A DNA stretch of 60,585 nt from Octopus bimaculoides (taxonomy: Eukaryota), in NCBI RefSeq assembly GCF_001194135.2, contig NC_068999.1, forward strand, positions 29,809,435-29,870,019, written 5' to 3'. This document shows, piece by piece, positions 1-12,186 of the stretch. Position numbers and translations under genes: made by a program. Under the pieces are notes generated by a model. That model was given only the letters and a program-made list of their open reading frames with translations. It was not told the DNA's origin and did not search any database. Every line of letters starts with the position of its first letter. Position 1 is the first letter of the stretch.

Positions 1-653
1 GAGCTCTTACCTCTGCTTGCGACAAAGGGCCTCACACTCAGAGTAAAAGGCAGACTGTATGACGCATGTGTACAAACAGCGATGCTACATGGCAGTGAAA
101 CATGGGCCGTGACTGCTGAGGCCATGCGTAAGCTCGCAAGGAATGAATCCAGTATGCTCCGATGGATGAGTAATGTCAGTGTGCATACCCGACAGAGTGT
201 AAGTATCTTGAGAGAAAAGTTGAACATAAGAAGCATCAGTTGTAGTGTGCAAGAGAGACGATTGCGCTGGTATGGACATGTGGCGAGAATGGATGAGGAT
301 AGCTGTGTGAAAAAGTGCCCTAGCAGTTGAGGAAGAGGCAGGCTTAGGAAGACCTGGGATGTGGTGGTGAAGCACGACCTCCAAACATTAGGCCTCACTA
401 AGGCAATGACTTGTGACCGTGACCTTCGGAAATCTGCTGTGCGTGAGAAGACCCGCCAAGCCAAGTGAGACCAAAATCTAAGGCCTCTGCCAGGGATGTA
501 GCCAGCCCACTTATGCGTAACATTCCTTCATTGGACACTAAATTCCGCTTGCAAAGACATGGTGAGGCAAGTGAAATCAGAATCGAACTAAATTTGTAGG
601 AACACTAAACTCGGCTTGCAAAGACCTGTTGGGTCAAGCGAAATCGTGTTGGC
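1..653 (+). mobile_element. RTE-clade non-LTR retrotransposon, 3' part of ORF2 (RT thumb/C-terminus) plus 3'UTR, degenerate
   Basis: ORF 82-330 MLHGSETWAVT...QERRLRWYGHVARMDED is the typical RTE C-terminal signature (LLYGxExW, LRWxGHVxRM). The same sequence family recurs at 11400-11790, 23040-23420, 30600-30860 and 45603-45953. Confidence 0.9.
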
Positions 654-1589
654 NNNNNNNNNNNNNNNNNNNNNNNNNNNNNNNNNNNNNNNNNNNNNNN
701 NNNNNNNNNNNNNNNNNNNNNNNNNNNNNNNNNNNNNNNNNNNNNNNNNNNNNNNNNNNNNNNNNNNNNNNNNNNNNNNNNNNNNNNNNNNNNNNNNNNN
801 NNNNNNNNNNNNNNNNNNNNNNNNNNNNNNNNNNNNNNNNNNNNNNNNNNNNNNNNNNNNNNNNNNNNNNNNNNNNNNNNNNNNNNNNNNNNNNNNNNNN
901 NNNNNNNNNNNNNNNNNNNNNNNNNNNNNNNNNNNNNNNNNNNNNNNNNNNNNNNNNNNNNNNNNNNNNNNNNNNNNNNNNNNNNNNNNNNNNNNNNNNN
1001 NNNNNNNNNNNNNNNNNNNNNNNNNNNNNNNNNNNNNNNNNNNNNNNNNNNNNNNNNNNNNNNNNNNNNNNNNNNNNNNNNNNNNNNNNNNNNNNNNNNN
1101 NNNNNNNNNNNNNNNNNNNNNNNNNNNNNNNNNNNNNNNNNNNNNNNNNNNNNNNNNNNNNNNNNNNNNNNNNNNNNNNNNNNNNNNNNNNNNNNNNNNN
1201 NNNNNNNNNNNNNNNNNNNNNNNNNNNNNNNNNNNNNNNNNNNNNNNNNNNNNNNNNNNNNNNNNNNNNNNNNNNNNNNNNNNNNNNNNNNNNNNNNNNN
1301 NNNNNNNNNNNNNNNNNNNNNNNNNNNNNNNNNNNNNNNNNNNNNNNNNNNNNNNNNNNNNNNNNNNNNNNNNNNNNNNNNNNNNNNNNNNNNNNNNNNN
1401 NNNNNNNNNNNNNNNNNNNNNNNNNNNNNNNNNNNNNNNNNNNNNNNNNNNNNNNNNNNNNNNNNNNNNNNNNNNNNNNNNNNNNNNNNNNNNNNNNNNN
1501 NNNNNNNNNNNNNNNNNNNNNNNNNNNNNNNNNNNNNNNNNNNNNNNNNNNNNNNNNNNNNNNNNNNNNNNNNNNNNNNNNNNNNNNNG

Positions 1590-1745
1590 GCAACGATCTT
1601 ACTTGGCTTGCCGGGTCTTCTCACGCACAGCCCATTTCCAAAGGTCTCGGTCCGTAGTCATCGCCTCGGTGAGGCCCAATGTACGAAGGTCTTGCCTCAC
1701 CACCTCAGCCCAGGTCTTCCTGGGCCTACCTCTTCCACGGTTCCA
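1590..1745 (-). mobile_element. RTE LINE 3' end fragment, opposite orientation
   Basis: Reverse complement matches the ORF2 end/3'UTR at 330-470 (ggaagaggtaggcccaggaagacc...gcaagccaagt). Confidence 0.85.
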
Positions 1746-1766
1746 TGATATGTATATGTATATATA

Positions 1767-1796
<30 letters not shown>

Positions 1797-1797
<1 letters not shown>

Positions 1798-1961
1798 GAC
1801 AGGATTCTTTCTGTTTCTGTCTACCAAATCCACTCACAAGGCTTTGGTTGGCCCAAGTCTATAGTAGAAGACACTTGCCCAAGTTGCCACGCAGTAGGAC
1901 AGAACCGGGAACTATGTGGTTGGGAAGCAAGCTTCTTACCACACAGCCACTCCTGCGCCTA
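1797..1961 (-). mobile_element. tRNA-headed SINE (5' half), ending in the (TA)n tract 1748-1796
   Basis: Reverse complement ggcgcaggagtggctgtgtggtaag...aagccttgtgagtggatttggtagac aligns with the full copy at 48807-49200. Confidence 0.9.
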
Positions 1962-2319
1962 AAAAGGTAGAAGAGCAAATCAGGTTCTACCGGTTTTTTA
2001 TAAATATTTTTTCATTACTTTTTAATTTATTTTTTTGCCTTAATTTTTTTTTAATCAGATTACAATTATTTTGATTTTCAACATTTATTTGTTAGGGAAA
2101 ATAATAGATAAAAAAATACAACCTTTTCCATTTGAATTCTCATTAATTCATCCTGTTTTCTTCTATACACCTTCCCTGTCAATTTGAATCAGTCAGTAAT
2201 AGTTTAAATAGGGTAGAAATTTTGCCATAAATATTTTTCAAGTTGATGGGCAGTATTGTTGAAACTAAGTATCATATTACAATTCGAGCACGATGTGATA
2301 AATACTATTCTTAAGTAGG

Positions 2320-2559
2320 ATGCTATGTTACTACCAGTTCAAATATGCTTGTGGCATGTTTAGACTAATAAACAAGCCATTCACTGTGTTTTGTCATGGA
2401 GAAAACTTCTCACTGTTGACAATAGTGTAAATACACGGGGACCAGTTTGCAGCGCCCTCTTTCCAGACTGTGAGATGCAGCATGACAAAACACAGTGAAT
2501 GGCTTGTTTATTAGTCCAAATGTGCCACAAGCCTATTTGAACTGATAGTAACATAGCAT
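2320..2559. repeat. Fold-back inverted repeat, 79-bp arms (2320-2398 / 2481-2559), 82-bp spacer
   Basis: Arms are reverse complements with 5 mismatches by manual comparison. Confidence 0.9.
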
Positions 2560-2875
2560 TTACGCATATCACTGCTTAACACTTCTACTTAGTAATTTAC
2601 TTACAGTGAACTGCTGCATAACATTATCAGTCATCATACGATGATTGAAATTGTATAAGAGAATCACTCTTTTTCATCAGTTTGCAGCACCCTCCACCCA
2701 GTGTCTGTGACCAAAAAGGAGATAACTACTCCGAAATGCTGCATCTCACAAAAAAGTATATTAATTATATACTACCCCAAAATCCAGGAAAATTACAATT
2801 TGAAGATGCAATAAGCACACAATCAAAAACTTTTAGTGGACAAAAAACATAGAGGATAACTTCATAACATAAACC

Positions 2876-5800
2876 GTGAGTGTGAAAAGTTCAAACAAAA
2901 TGAACAGACAACAGATATGTCTGTTATTTGTTCAAGGACAAACAGCACAACAGGATTCAGAAATTCATACAAGGATATTGACTAAGCTAGAACAGAACCA
3001 GGATATTATTCTTAAACAGATATTAGAAGACTGCCAACAGATAATAAATCTTAAACACAACAATGAGAGAAAACAGGAATACGATATCTCAAACATACAA
3101 GCTATAAGGCCAAAGGAAAGCACTAGAAAGTGTAAAGTGGATCCATGTACGAAATGCAGTCAAATACATGACCAGTATGACTGTCTGTTCAAAATCGTTT
3201 CAAATTTGGTTTTCAAGGTCTCAAAAGTTCTCATTGTCGTACAAAAATAGAGAAAGAATCCAAAATTGATGCATACAGGAAACAATAAAAATGTATATGA
3301 TGCATCTGGAAATGATAAGGATAACAAAACACAGAAAGTTTGTAAACATAAAAATAAATGGAACTAACGTCAGATTACAGCTCGATACTGGAAATGATAT
3401 AATTATATTAAATGGCAAAACATGAATGTTTTAGATAAACCAGTACTAAGTAAAACTACAAAAGCTGCAAGAGATGTTTTGGGAAGAAAATTATTGTTTA
3501 GAGGTGAATTCAATTACAATGTGACTTTCCAAGTTAGAAAGATAAAAGCAAAGGCTTTTGAGCTAAATAATTTTAATAATCTATTTGGAACGAATTGGAT
3601 AGAGAAATTCGATCTCTGTGATTTACCCATTAACCACTATTGCAAAAATGTAATAGGCACAGGCACAAGTTCTAACACAGACTTGGACAAATTGCAAAAA
3701 GAATTAAAGAAAGTATTCCCAGATGTATTTTCAGACGAACTAGGTGCATGTTTGAAAACAAAAGCAAAATTTGAGATAAAAAAGAATGCAATACCAATTT
3801 TTAAACCAAAAAGAAATGTGCCATACACTGTGTTAGACCAGATAAACTTAGAGAGACTAGAAAAAATTGGAGTTATCCAAAAATTGGCATATTCTAAATG
3901 GGCATCATCAACTGTGTATGTTAAGAAAAAGAATAAAATCAGATTGTGTGCTGATTTTTTCACTGGGTTAAACAAATGTCTTAAAATGTTCAACTATCCG
4001 CTACCTACTCCAGAAGACATATTTGCGAAATTAGATAGTGGCAAGATATTTTCTAAATTGGATCTCTCTGATGCATATCTACAAATTAGAGTAGATCATG
4101 AATGCTCTAAATACCTAACAATTAACACGCATAAAGGACTGTATAAATACAACAGGTTATCATTTGGCTTAAAAGTCACACTGGTGATCTTCCAACAAAT
4201 TATGGATGCAAAGTTAGCAAACTGTGAATTCACAATTGCGTATCTCGATGACATATTGATTAAGAGTGGATCAAGATGTTAGCATGCACAACATGTGAAA
4301 AAGACATTTAAAAAACTAAGTGAATACAGGTTCACCCTGAGCAGAGGTAAGTGTGATTTCTTTTTGCCTAAAATTAGATATTTGGGGAAAATCATAGATA
4401 GAATGGGTTGGAGTCTGGATCCTACCAGGGCATCAGCAATTAAAAATATGTCCCCGTGAAAGAACATGGTGACATTACAAGCAGGGCTGTGGAGTCGAAA
4501 CAAAAAACTTTGACTCCGACTCCTGTACTATTGGCACCTCCAACTCCTCTTTATGTAATTAAGTGATTGTGGTCTACATACCTCATAAAGCATATGCATA
4601 TGCATGTACTCTGAGTAGGCCTATATGTTATAACTGGTTATAACGAATAAAGACACTGTGAGTCAGAATCAGAGTTGGTATAGTTTTAACAACTCTGACT
4701 CCAGTTACCCCTTAACTGTTTACAACTCCGACTCCACAGCTCTGATTACAAGTGTTTTGGGGTTTGGTGAATTATTACCAAAATTACATCCTGAATATTC
4801 ATAACTTGTGTGCACCATTAAATTACCTGCTAAAGAAAGGAATGAAATGGGACATAAAAATGCCAAGGAGCCTTCAAGCAATTAAAAGATATACTAACTT
4901 CCGAGCTATCTTTAGCACACTATGATATGAAAAAGGAAATTATAGTAGCTTCAGATGTTAGTGAATATGTTACTGGTGCAGTAATTTTGCATAAGTATGA
5001 TGATGGTAATACAAAACCTGTAGCACATACATCACATATACTTTTGCCCATTGAGAGGAATTATAGCCAGATTGAGAAAGAAGCTTTGGCAAGTATTTAT
5101 GCTGTAAAAAAGTTCCATAAATTCATCCATGGCAGAAGGTTTTGTCAGCAAACTGATCATTGCCCCTTATTGACTATATTTGGCTCTATGAAGGGCATCC
5201 CAGCACACACAACCAATAGATTGCAGAGATGGGGAACCATTTTGTTGAACTGCAATTTCAAAATGGACTACCTCTCCTCAAAAATGTTAAGTCATGCAGA
5301 CAAGTTGTCTAGGTTAATACCGGAAAATGTTGAACCATTCGAAGAAAGTGTATTTGCATTCTTAAGAGCTGAAACGGAGATAAAAAGCATTTTGCATAAC
5401 GTGATTAGTGAATTGCCTTTAACCCTAGAAGAAATTAAAGCCAAAACATTGAAAGATGACTTTAAAGTAAATACACGCCAGACTGAAAATTTAAATTCAA
5501 ACTCATATTCTGTATGCAACAACATTCTAATGCACACACAGAGGATTGTAGTACCATTTACACAACAAAAAAGAATTCTGAAAAATGTTCATGTTGGACA
5601 TCCAGGAATGTCACGCATGGAAGCACTTATGAGAAGCTATGTGCATTGGCCAAAGACAGATAAAGATATCAAAATTCTTGTAAGATCCTGCAGAGGCTAT
5701 GCTCTGACAATGAAATCACCTACTGTAAGATATTAACTGTGGCCAAAGACTGAGACACCATAGTCCTGGCTTCACATAGACTTCAAAGGCCCACTATATG

Positions 5801-6270
5801 GAAGCTATTTTCTTGTAGTAGTGGATAGCTACACAAAATGGCCAGAAGTATGTAAATGTAGACATCCTACATCCTCTGCAATAATTGATTTCTTCCATGA
5901 GATATTTGCTTGATATGGTATACCGGATACCATTGTGTCTGATAATGGAACACAGTTTACAGGATCTCAATTTAGAGATTTCTGCCAGATGTTCCAAATT
6001 GATCATATAACCATGCCACTATATTACCCACAGTTAAATGGTCAGGCAGAACGGTTTGTGGACACATTCAAGAGGGCACTAAGAAAAGCAAACAATGGAA
6101 GGATTGATGACCTGGCATTAATAAAATTTCTAAGGGTATATAGTTACTCAAAACCCAAACACACCATCAGGTAAATCCTCAGCTGAACTAATGTTTGCAA
6201 GAAAGATTAAATCCATATTCGACAAACTGCCGTCAAGCAGAGAAAAAAAAACTTGGAATAACAATACTCC
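2876..6270 (+). mobile_element. Degenerate Ty3/gypsy (Mag-like) LTR retrotransposon gag-pol: Zn knuckles, protease, RT, RNase H, integrase
   Basis: Gag knuckle CTKCSQIHDQYDC (CX2CX3HX4C). Protease LQLDTG at about 3375-3392. RT ORF 3422-4282 (SKLDLSDAYLQI...AYLDDILI). RNase H ORF 4927-5736 (ASD...NYSQIEKEALA...TDH). Integrase Zn region HVGHPGMSRM, core HIDFKGP...SDNGTQF...NGQAERFVDTFK. Multiple stops and frameshifts; no LTR pair found. Confidence 0.95.
4482..4744. mobile_element. hAT-type MITE (263 bp) inserted in the gypsy RT
   Basis: 16-bp TIRs cagggctgtggagtcg / cgactccacagctctg (1 mismatch). Perfect 8-bp TSD ATTACAAG at 4474-4481 and 4745-4752. Confidence 0.92.
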
Positions 6271-6273
6271 CTG

Positions 6274-7180
6274 AACCACGCTAATAGCTTAGGAGTGAGA
6301 TTTAGGATTTCTCAATTTTCTGTGAATCAATTTTGATAAAACTTTTCCCAGCTGGTTTTCCCACACTATGGCAACACCATTGTGTTTTCATTATTCTGTG
6401 TAACGTCCTTTCTTTTTATTTCAGATTCTTCAGTTTTGGGGTGAACACACTACTAGCTTTTGAATGAAAATAGCCCATCTAAACATTTTGTTTTCAGAAA
6501 ATGAAGGGTACTCATAAATATTAAGCATACATTGAGTATATATTTAACAGAAAGCCATAATAATATTATATCATTTATTGACATAATGAATTATTTAGCC
6601 ACATGAACACCAAGGAAGAAATGATCTGATTGTGAGACCTCCAAGACTGTAACAACTAGGGATTTAAGGAATATTGGCTGCAAGTTATGTGGGAAACCTG
6701 GACAAACAAGCAAAGCCATTTTCACTGCTTCCACTTTCACTTCCTCATGTACCAAAACCCACCAGAAATCGCATCCTTGGGACCATGGCTTCCATGCGAG
6801 AACCCCTGAAACTGCCTCCTTTAACGTCCCACCACAGGAGTTTGAGGCTTCAATGGGCCCAAAAGTACATGACGTTAGACAGGAGTTGTGTTCTGTTCAC
6901 TGACGAAACCAGGGTGACCCTTGATGAACCTGGCAGTTGGGAAAATGGTTAGGTCTATTTTGGAGATGAGCATCACCAATGTTTACGACATCAACAACAA
7001 GGTGGAGGTTGTGGGCTGGTATCAGTAGGGACAGACTAGCTGGATGTAAATATTTCTTAAGCACTGATGGATTTTATGAACCAGTGCTAAGAACCTCCAT
7101 GACTTTATGTGGATCAGAGAAATATATTTTATTTACCTGTTTGTCACAGATAACTATTTCTAAACTTGTGATCTAGTGCC
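6274..7180 (+). mobile_element. Tc1/Tc3-like transposon relic
   Basis: ORF 6674-6952 PPLTSHHRSLRLQWAQKY...VLFTDETRVTLDEPGSW (first D of the DDE triad). The non-coding 5' block 6290-6430 is repeated at 20386-20540. Boundaries approximate. Confidence 0.8.
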
Positions 7181-8060
7181 AATTGTTGATAGTTGTGTGA
7201 AACTAGATGTGTGCTTGCAATGAATCTGAACTCAAAATTTATGAGTTAGTAGTCCAATACCATATACATTTAGTGATTCCATTTCTAAGCCAACATTTAT
7301 ACATGCAAAATTTGCAGCAGTAGTTCATCATCATTATTGCTTACATTACCTTGACACAAACCTTACTTCATTCCATTGGCCATTTTAATGTTAAATCACC
7401 AAGATGCAATGACATGAACATCACCTCTATCAAAGCAGTGCCAATGTGAAGACATGGAGAAACACACATGGATACACATATTTATTACATATCATGCAGT
7501 TTCTGCTTACCAAATTTCACTTGTAAAGCATTGGTCAAATTGAAGTAATAGCTGAAGACACAAGCCCCAAGGTGACATGAAGTGAAATGAAAATCAAAAG
7601 TAAGTGTTATAAACTGAACTTCTTTCTAAAGCATACAGTCATGCCTACACCTGTTGCTAAAAATGCATGTTCCAGCTTATGTATCCTTTCCTTATTTAAT
7701 GATAGGAGGATGTGATAAGGGAATTTTTCTGTTATTTCTACCAGACTGAACAATGATGTAAGGTTTCCTTTGTTGCCTCATATATTGTGATGGTGGTTCT
7801 GCTGGTAGTGGCAGATGCTGCTAATGAAGCAACTATCTTGAATCAGAGAACTAACACTACCATACTAATGGGAATGTAACAGAAATGAATATCATTACTT
7901 TTAAGCAGTAATGACATTTCCTGCCAGCTAATAGTAAGTCCTATTAACTCTTTATTGAATATTTAACAAGTATCTGTTGCTAAATGTAAAGAGTGAATTT
8001 CACTTCTATCTAAAACAGTCACTATTTTGTAAAGGACTATGAAAACAACAGACTTGATTG

Positions 8061-8088
8061 TAAGGGTTAGGGTTAGGGTTAGGGTTAG
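8061..8088 (+). repeat. Short interstitial (TTAGGG)n array, about 4.5 units
   Basis: taagggttagggttagggttagggttag read directly. Confidence 0.85.
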
Positions 8089-9244
8089 TTCATACAAACA
8101 TAAAATGTGTTAGTGCCCTAAAGAAAGGTAAGAGAGATTTTATAGAATACCAAACTGTGAATGAGTGAACATTTAATTCTACTTCTGCAGTTGTAGTCAG
8201 ATTAATAACTGATGGAGATATATTAGAAATCAATGCCATTACTTTTAAAACAATAACTACTTTCTCTAACAAGTGGCAACAAGCGCCTGCCTCCATCTTA
8301 TTTTTAATTAAATATCATTCATCTGTTGCTAAAGCTCAATGCTAGATCACATTTATATTGGTATGGTCAGAATATAGATAATTTTGATGTAACTCCAATT
8401 TAGATTACAGCATTTCTATTAGTCAACCTCGTTTAGCATCTTGAATGTTGTATTGTATATCTTATGAATCTTTAGATATATTCTGTAATACAGTATAGCA
8501 TCTATATATATCTATAGATATTCTGTAGTACTATATAACATTCAAAGAAAACACTATATCAGTAATTTACAGATCATGTGAGAAGTATGGATTACGATCA
8601 CATATTCCTTCATCTATATATCATTAAATTTGAGGAGAATTAACTGACAATATATATCAACAACAAACTTCTAGATAGAAATGTCCTTCCCAGAATACTA
8701 CTCATTACCATGTTGAATAGTTTAACAGTTTCTTTTGCTGCTCTAGAGAAAGGGTTTGTGCACACGAGATTGATGTGATTACTGTTCCTCATGAACTTTT
8801 GCAAACTGATGACTGAAGGAAAGACATGAGCAGAGAAGAAATTCCAGAATGATGTTCTGGAGAAAAAGAACTAGAAATGTTAGGACAGTGACTTAGTGGG
8901 GGAGGGGGGACTAGGACAAAATATAGGCAATGTAATGGACAAGTGAATTGAGAATACCTTAGCAAAAGGTTTCAGTAACTGTAAGTGCTATCATTATCAA
9001 CATTTTAATATCCACTTTTCCATGCTTGCACAGGTCAGACAGAATTTGGCAAATTTTTTTATGTGAAAATGCTCTTCCTGTTACCAACTCTTACTTATTT
9101 CCCGAGCAAGGTAATATTTCCCATGACTAGATGTTTTCACAGAGGATTAGAAATGAACGACACTGCTTGTATGGCAACAATTCTTGTGCAACTATCATGC
9201 AATACATAGACAAGGTGATACAAACGCATACACACACATATATA

Positions 9245-9395
9245 TACTATAGGCTTCTCTCAATTTCTGCCTACCAAATCTATTCACAAAGCTTTGGTCA
9301 GCCTAGGATTGTAGAAGATACTTTCCCAAAGTACCATGCAGACAGACTGAACCGGAGACCATGTGGCTGGAAAGCAAACTTCTTAACTACACAGC
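9245..9395 (-). mobile_element. tRNA-headed SINE fragment
   Basis: Diverged reverse-complement match to the SINE head/body (ctaccaaatc...cacaaagctttgg...cttaactacacagc). Confidence 0.8.
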
Positions 9396-10074
9396 AATAG
9401 TAATTCTAAATAGTTGGTGTGTAAGGCAACTGGCTTTAGATTGGAGCTCACAACCATATGGTCATGGGTCTGATTCCTGGATCAAACATTGTGTTGTGTC
9501 CTTATATTTTCTACAGATTTCTTTGAAATGAATATTACAAACAATAGGATGAAAACCCATCATATTGCCTTATAGAAAAGATTCAATGAAATAGTGTTTC
9601 TAAATTAAAAGAAATTGAAAAATATTTGGTGTTGATTGAATATGACATTTTATACCAAAATTTGCAGGCATAAGTTGAGTCTGTTCTTGCAATCCCCCAC
9701 TGTTGATGCTTCTGAATTTGCAGCAGAACAATGCTTCAAAATAGAAACTTAAAAAATATGTTCATCATCTTTTGTACAATAAAATGCAATGTGTGTCCTG
9801 TCAGTCACACTGGTAGAGGGAAACTAAAACAACAAACGGAGTGGGAGTGAATGACAGTCAGAGATGCCAAATGCAGGTAAACTATAGTGAGAGGTTTTAC
9901 CCTGAAGTTGCCATGCAAATTTTTATCATAAATAATATTCACTTTAACAATCTCACACATATAAATATATGAAATTAAATATTAAGCTCATTTCAAAATA
10001 TCTAGCTAGAGGGGAAGCAGATGAAAAAATATTTGCTAATGTTCTGCCTCATGAGGACCAGTATTTCATATTGC

Positions 10075-12085
10075 AAGACAGTGTGTGAGAGAGAATCGTG
10101 TTATCATAGGAGAGATGGACACTTTCTGCATGGATGATAGCTCACTTGCATTTAATGATACTGTAAAGAGAGAGATTTGGAGACGCCACTATGAAAGGTT
10201 GTTAAATGTAGAGAACAAGTGGGAGAAAGACAGTCTGCCAACTGTTGACCTAACCAAGGTACCAGCTATTTGAATTTACAGTACTTTGGTAGATAAAGCA
10301 ATTAAGGGTACGAAGACAGGGAAAGCCCCCGGCTCATCAGAAATCACTGCTGAGATGCTTAAAATATTTGGCTTTGTAGGATATAGTCTAGTCACCTGTA
10401 TAGTCAACCAGATGATACATGAAGGAGTCATACCCAATGACTGGTGTAGCAGCACCATAGTCAACTGCTACAAAGGTAAAGGTAACATGTAGGATAGGAA
10501 TAACTACAGAGGTATCAAATTGTTGGATCAGGTGATGAAAGACACAGAGAGAGTCATAGCCCAACTAATTAGGGAGAGAGTTAGTTTAGACGAGATGCAG
10601 TTTGGGTTTGTGTGAGGGAGAAGCACCACTATTGCTATATTTCTGGTTAGACAGCTGCAAGAGAAATTCCTAGCCAAAGATAAACCTCTGCACTGGGCTT
10701 TCGTTTACATGGAGAAAGCCTTTGACATGGTCCCTCGATCTCTTGCCTGGTGGTCAATGCAGAAACTAGGGATAGATGAGTAGTTGGTGAGAGCTGTACA
10801 AGCCATGTACAGGGATGCTGTCAGTAAGGTGGGGGTTGGCAACGAGTATAGTGAAGAATTCCGGTTAGAAGTAGGGGTTCACCAAGGATCAGTCCTTGGC
10901 TCCCTCTTATCCATCATAGTCCACCAGGCAATAACAGATGACCTTGCTCTAATAGCTGAGTCACTACCAGAACCAGGGAAGAAGTTGCAGGTGTGAAAGT
11001 AAGGTCTGGAATCGAAGGGCCTTAGATTCAATCTAGCAAAAACAAAAGCCTTCCTAAGTAGGAAGGCAGACAAATCACAAATCCCTTCAGGTAGATGGCC
11101 CTGCTCGATCTGTAGAAAAGGTGGAGGTAGAAACTCAATAAGATGTACTTGATGTAAGCTTTGGACACATAAGAGATTCAGCAATATCAAAGGTCAACTG
11201 GGAAGATAGTTTTTCTGTGTGGCAGATGCACAGGTGCAATAAACACTGAAGATGTACAGAAAACAGATTCCACCACATGCCAGGAGTAAAAACTAGAAGT
11301 AGTTCCGTTACCTAGGTGACCAAGTCAGTAGCTGGGGTGGATCCTCTGAGAGTGTAGCTGCTAGAATAAGAATAGCCTAGACAAAGTTCAGAGACCTCCT
11401 ATTTCTGCTGGTAACAAAGGGCCTCTCACTCAGAGTGAAAGGTACACAGTATAATGCCCGTGTAAGAACAGGTATGCTACAAGGCAGCGAAACATGGGTT
11501 GTGAATGCTGAGGACATGTGTAGGCTTGAAAGAAATTAAGCTAGTATGCTCTGCTGGAAGTGTAATGTCAGTGTGCACACAGACAGAGTGTAGTGCCCTG
11601 AGAGAAAAGTTGGACATAAGCATCATCAGATGTGGTGTGCAAGAGAAACGACTACACTGGTATGGTCATGTGTTGCATATGGGTGAGGAAAGCTGCATGA
11701 AGAAGTGTCACACCTTAACAGTGGAGGGAACCTGTGGAAGAGGTAAACCCAGGAAGACATGGGATGAGGTGGTGAAGCAAGACCTTTGAACGTTGAGCTT
11801 GAGAAGACCTATTGAGTTGGCCGATGGAAGTGCTGCCTAACTGACACGTAAAAAGTACCATTCGAGCATGGTCGATGCCAGTGCCACCTTACAGGCCCCC
11901 ATGCCAGTGGCACGTAAAAAACACCCACTACACCCTTGGAGTGGTTGGCATTAGGAAGGGCATCCAGCTGTAGAAACATTGCCAGATCAGATTGGAGCCT
12001 GGTGCAGCCTCCTGGCTTGCTATCTTCAGTCAAACCGTCTAACCCATGCCAGCATAGAAAGCAGTTGTTAAATGATGATGATGAC
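10075..12085 (+). mobile_element. 5'-truncated RTE LINE: RT domain with PHD-like insert, 3'UTR and (GAT)n tail; inactivated
   Basis: KAPGSSEITAEMLK, NYRGIKLL, QFGFV, DMEKAFD, GVHQGSVLGSLL and LHWYGHVLHM motifs across several frames with stops. The YADD region is deleted near 10935. Tail atgatgatgatgac at 12073-12087. Confidence 0.95.
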
Positions 12086-12186
12086 GATATAACATAAACT
12101 ATATATATGTATCAGATGTAAATATACTTCATGTGTGTGTTATCATTATTAGCATAATGACCCTCCATAACAAGACACACACACAC

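Noticed and set aside
605-1962. Long ORFs of 220-450 aa here and at 38440-39570, 44532-45683 and 45857-46718
   Set aside because: They are almost entirely X residues from N-gaps and carry no coding evidence.
2100-6500. LTRs, PBS or PPT for the gypsy element
   Set aside because: No direct repeat pair was found. The 3' end is interrupted by the Tc1-like relic.
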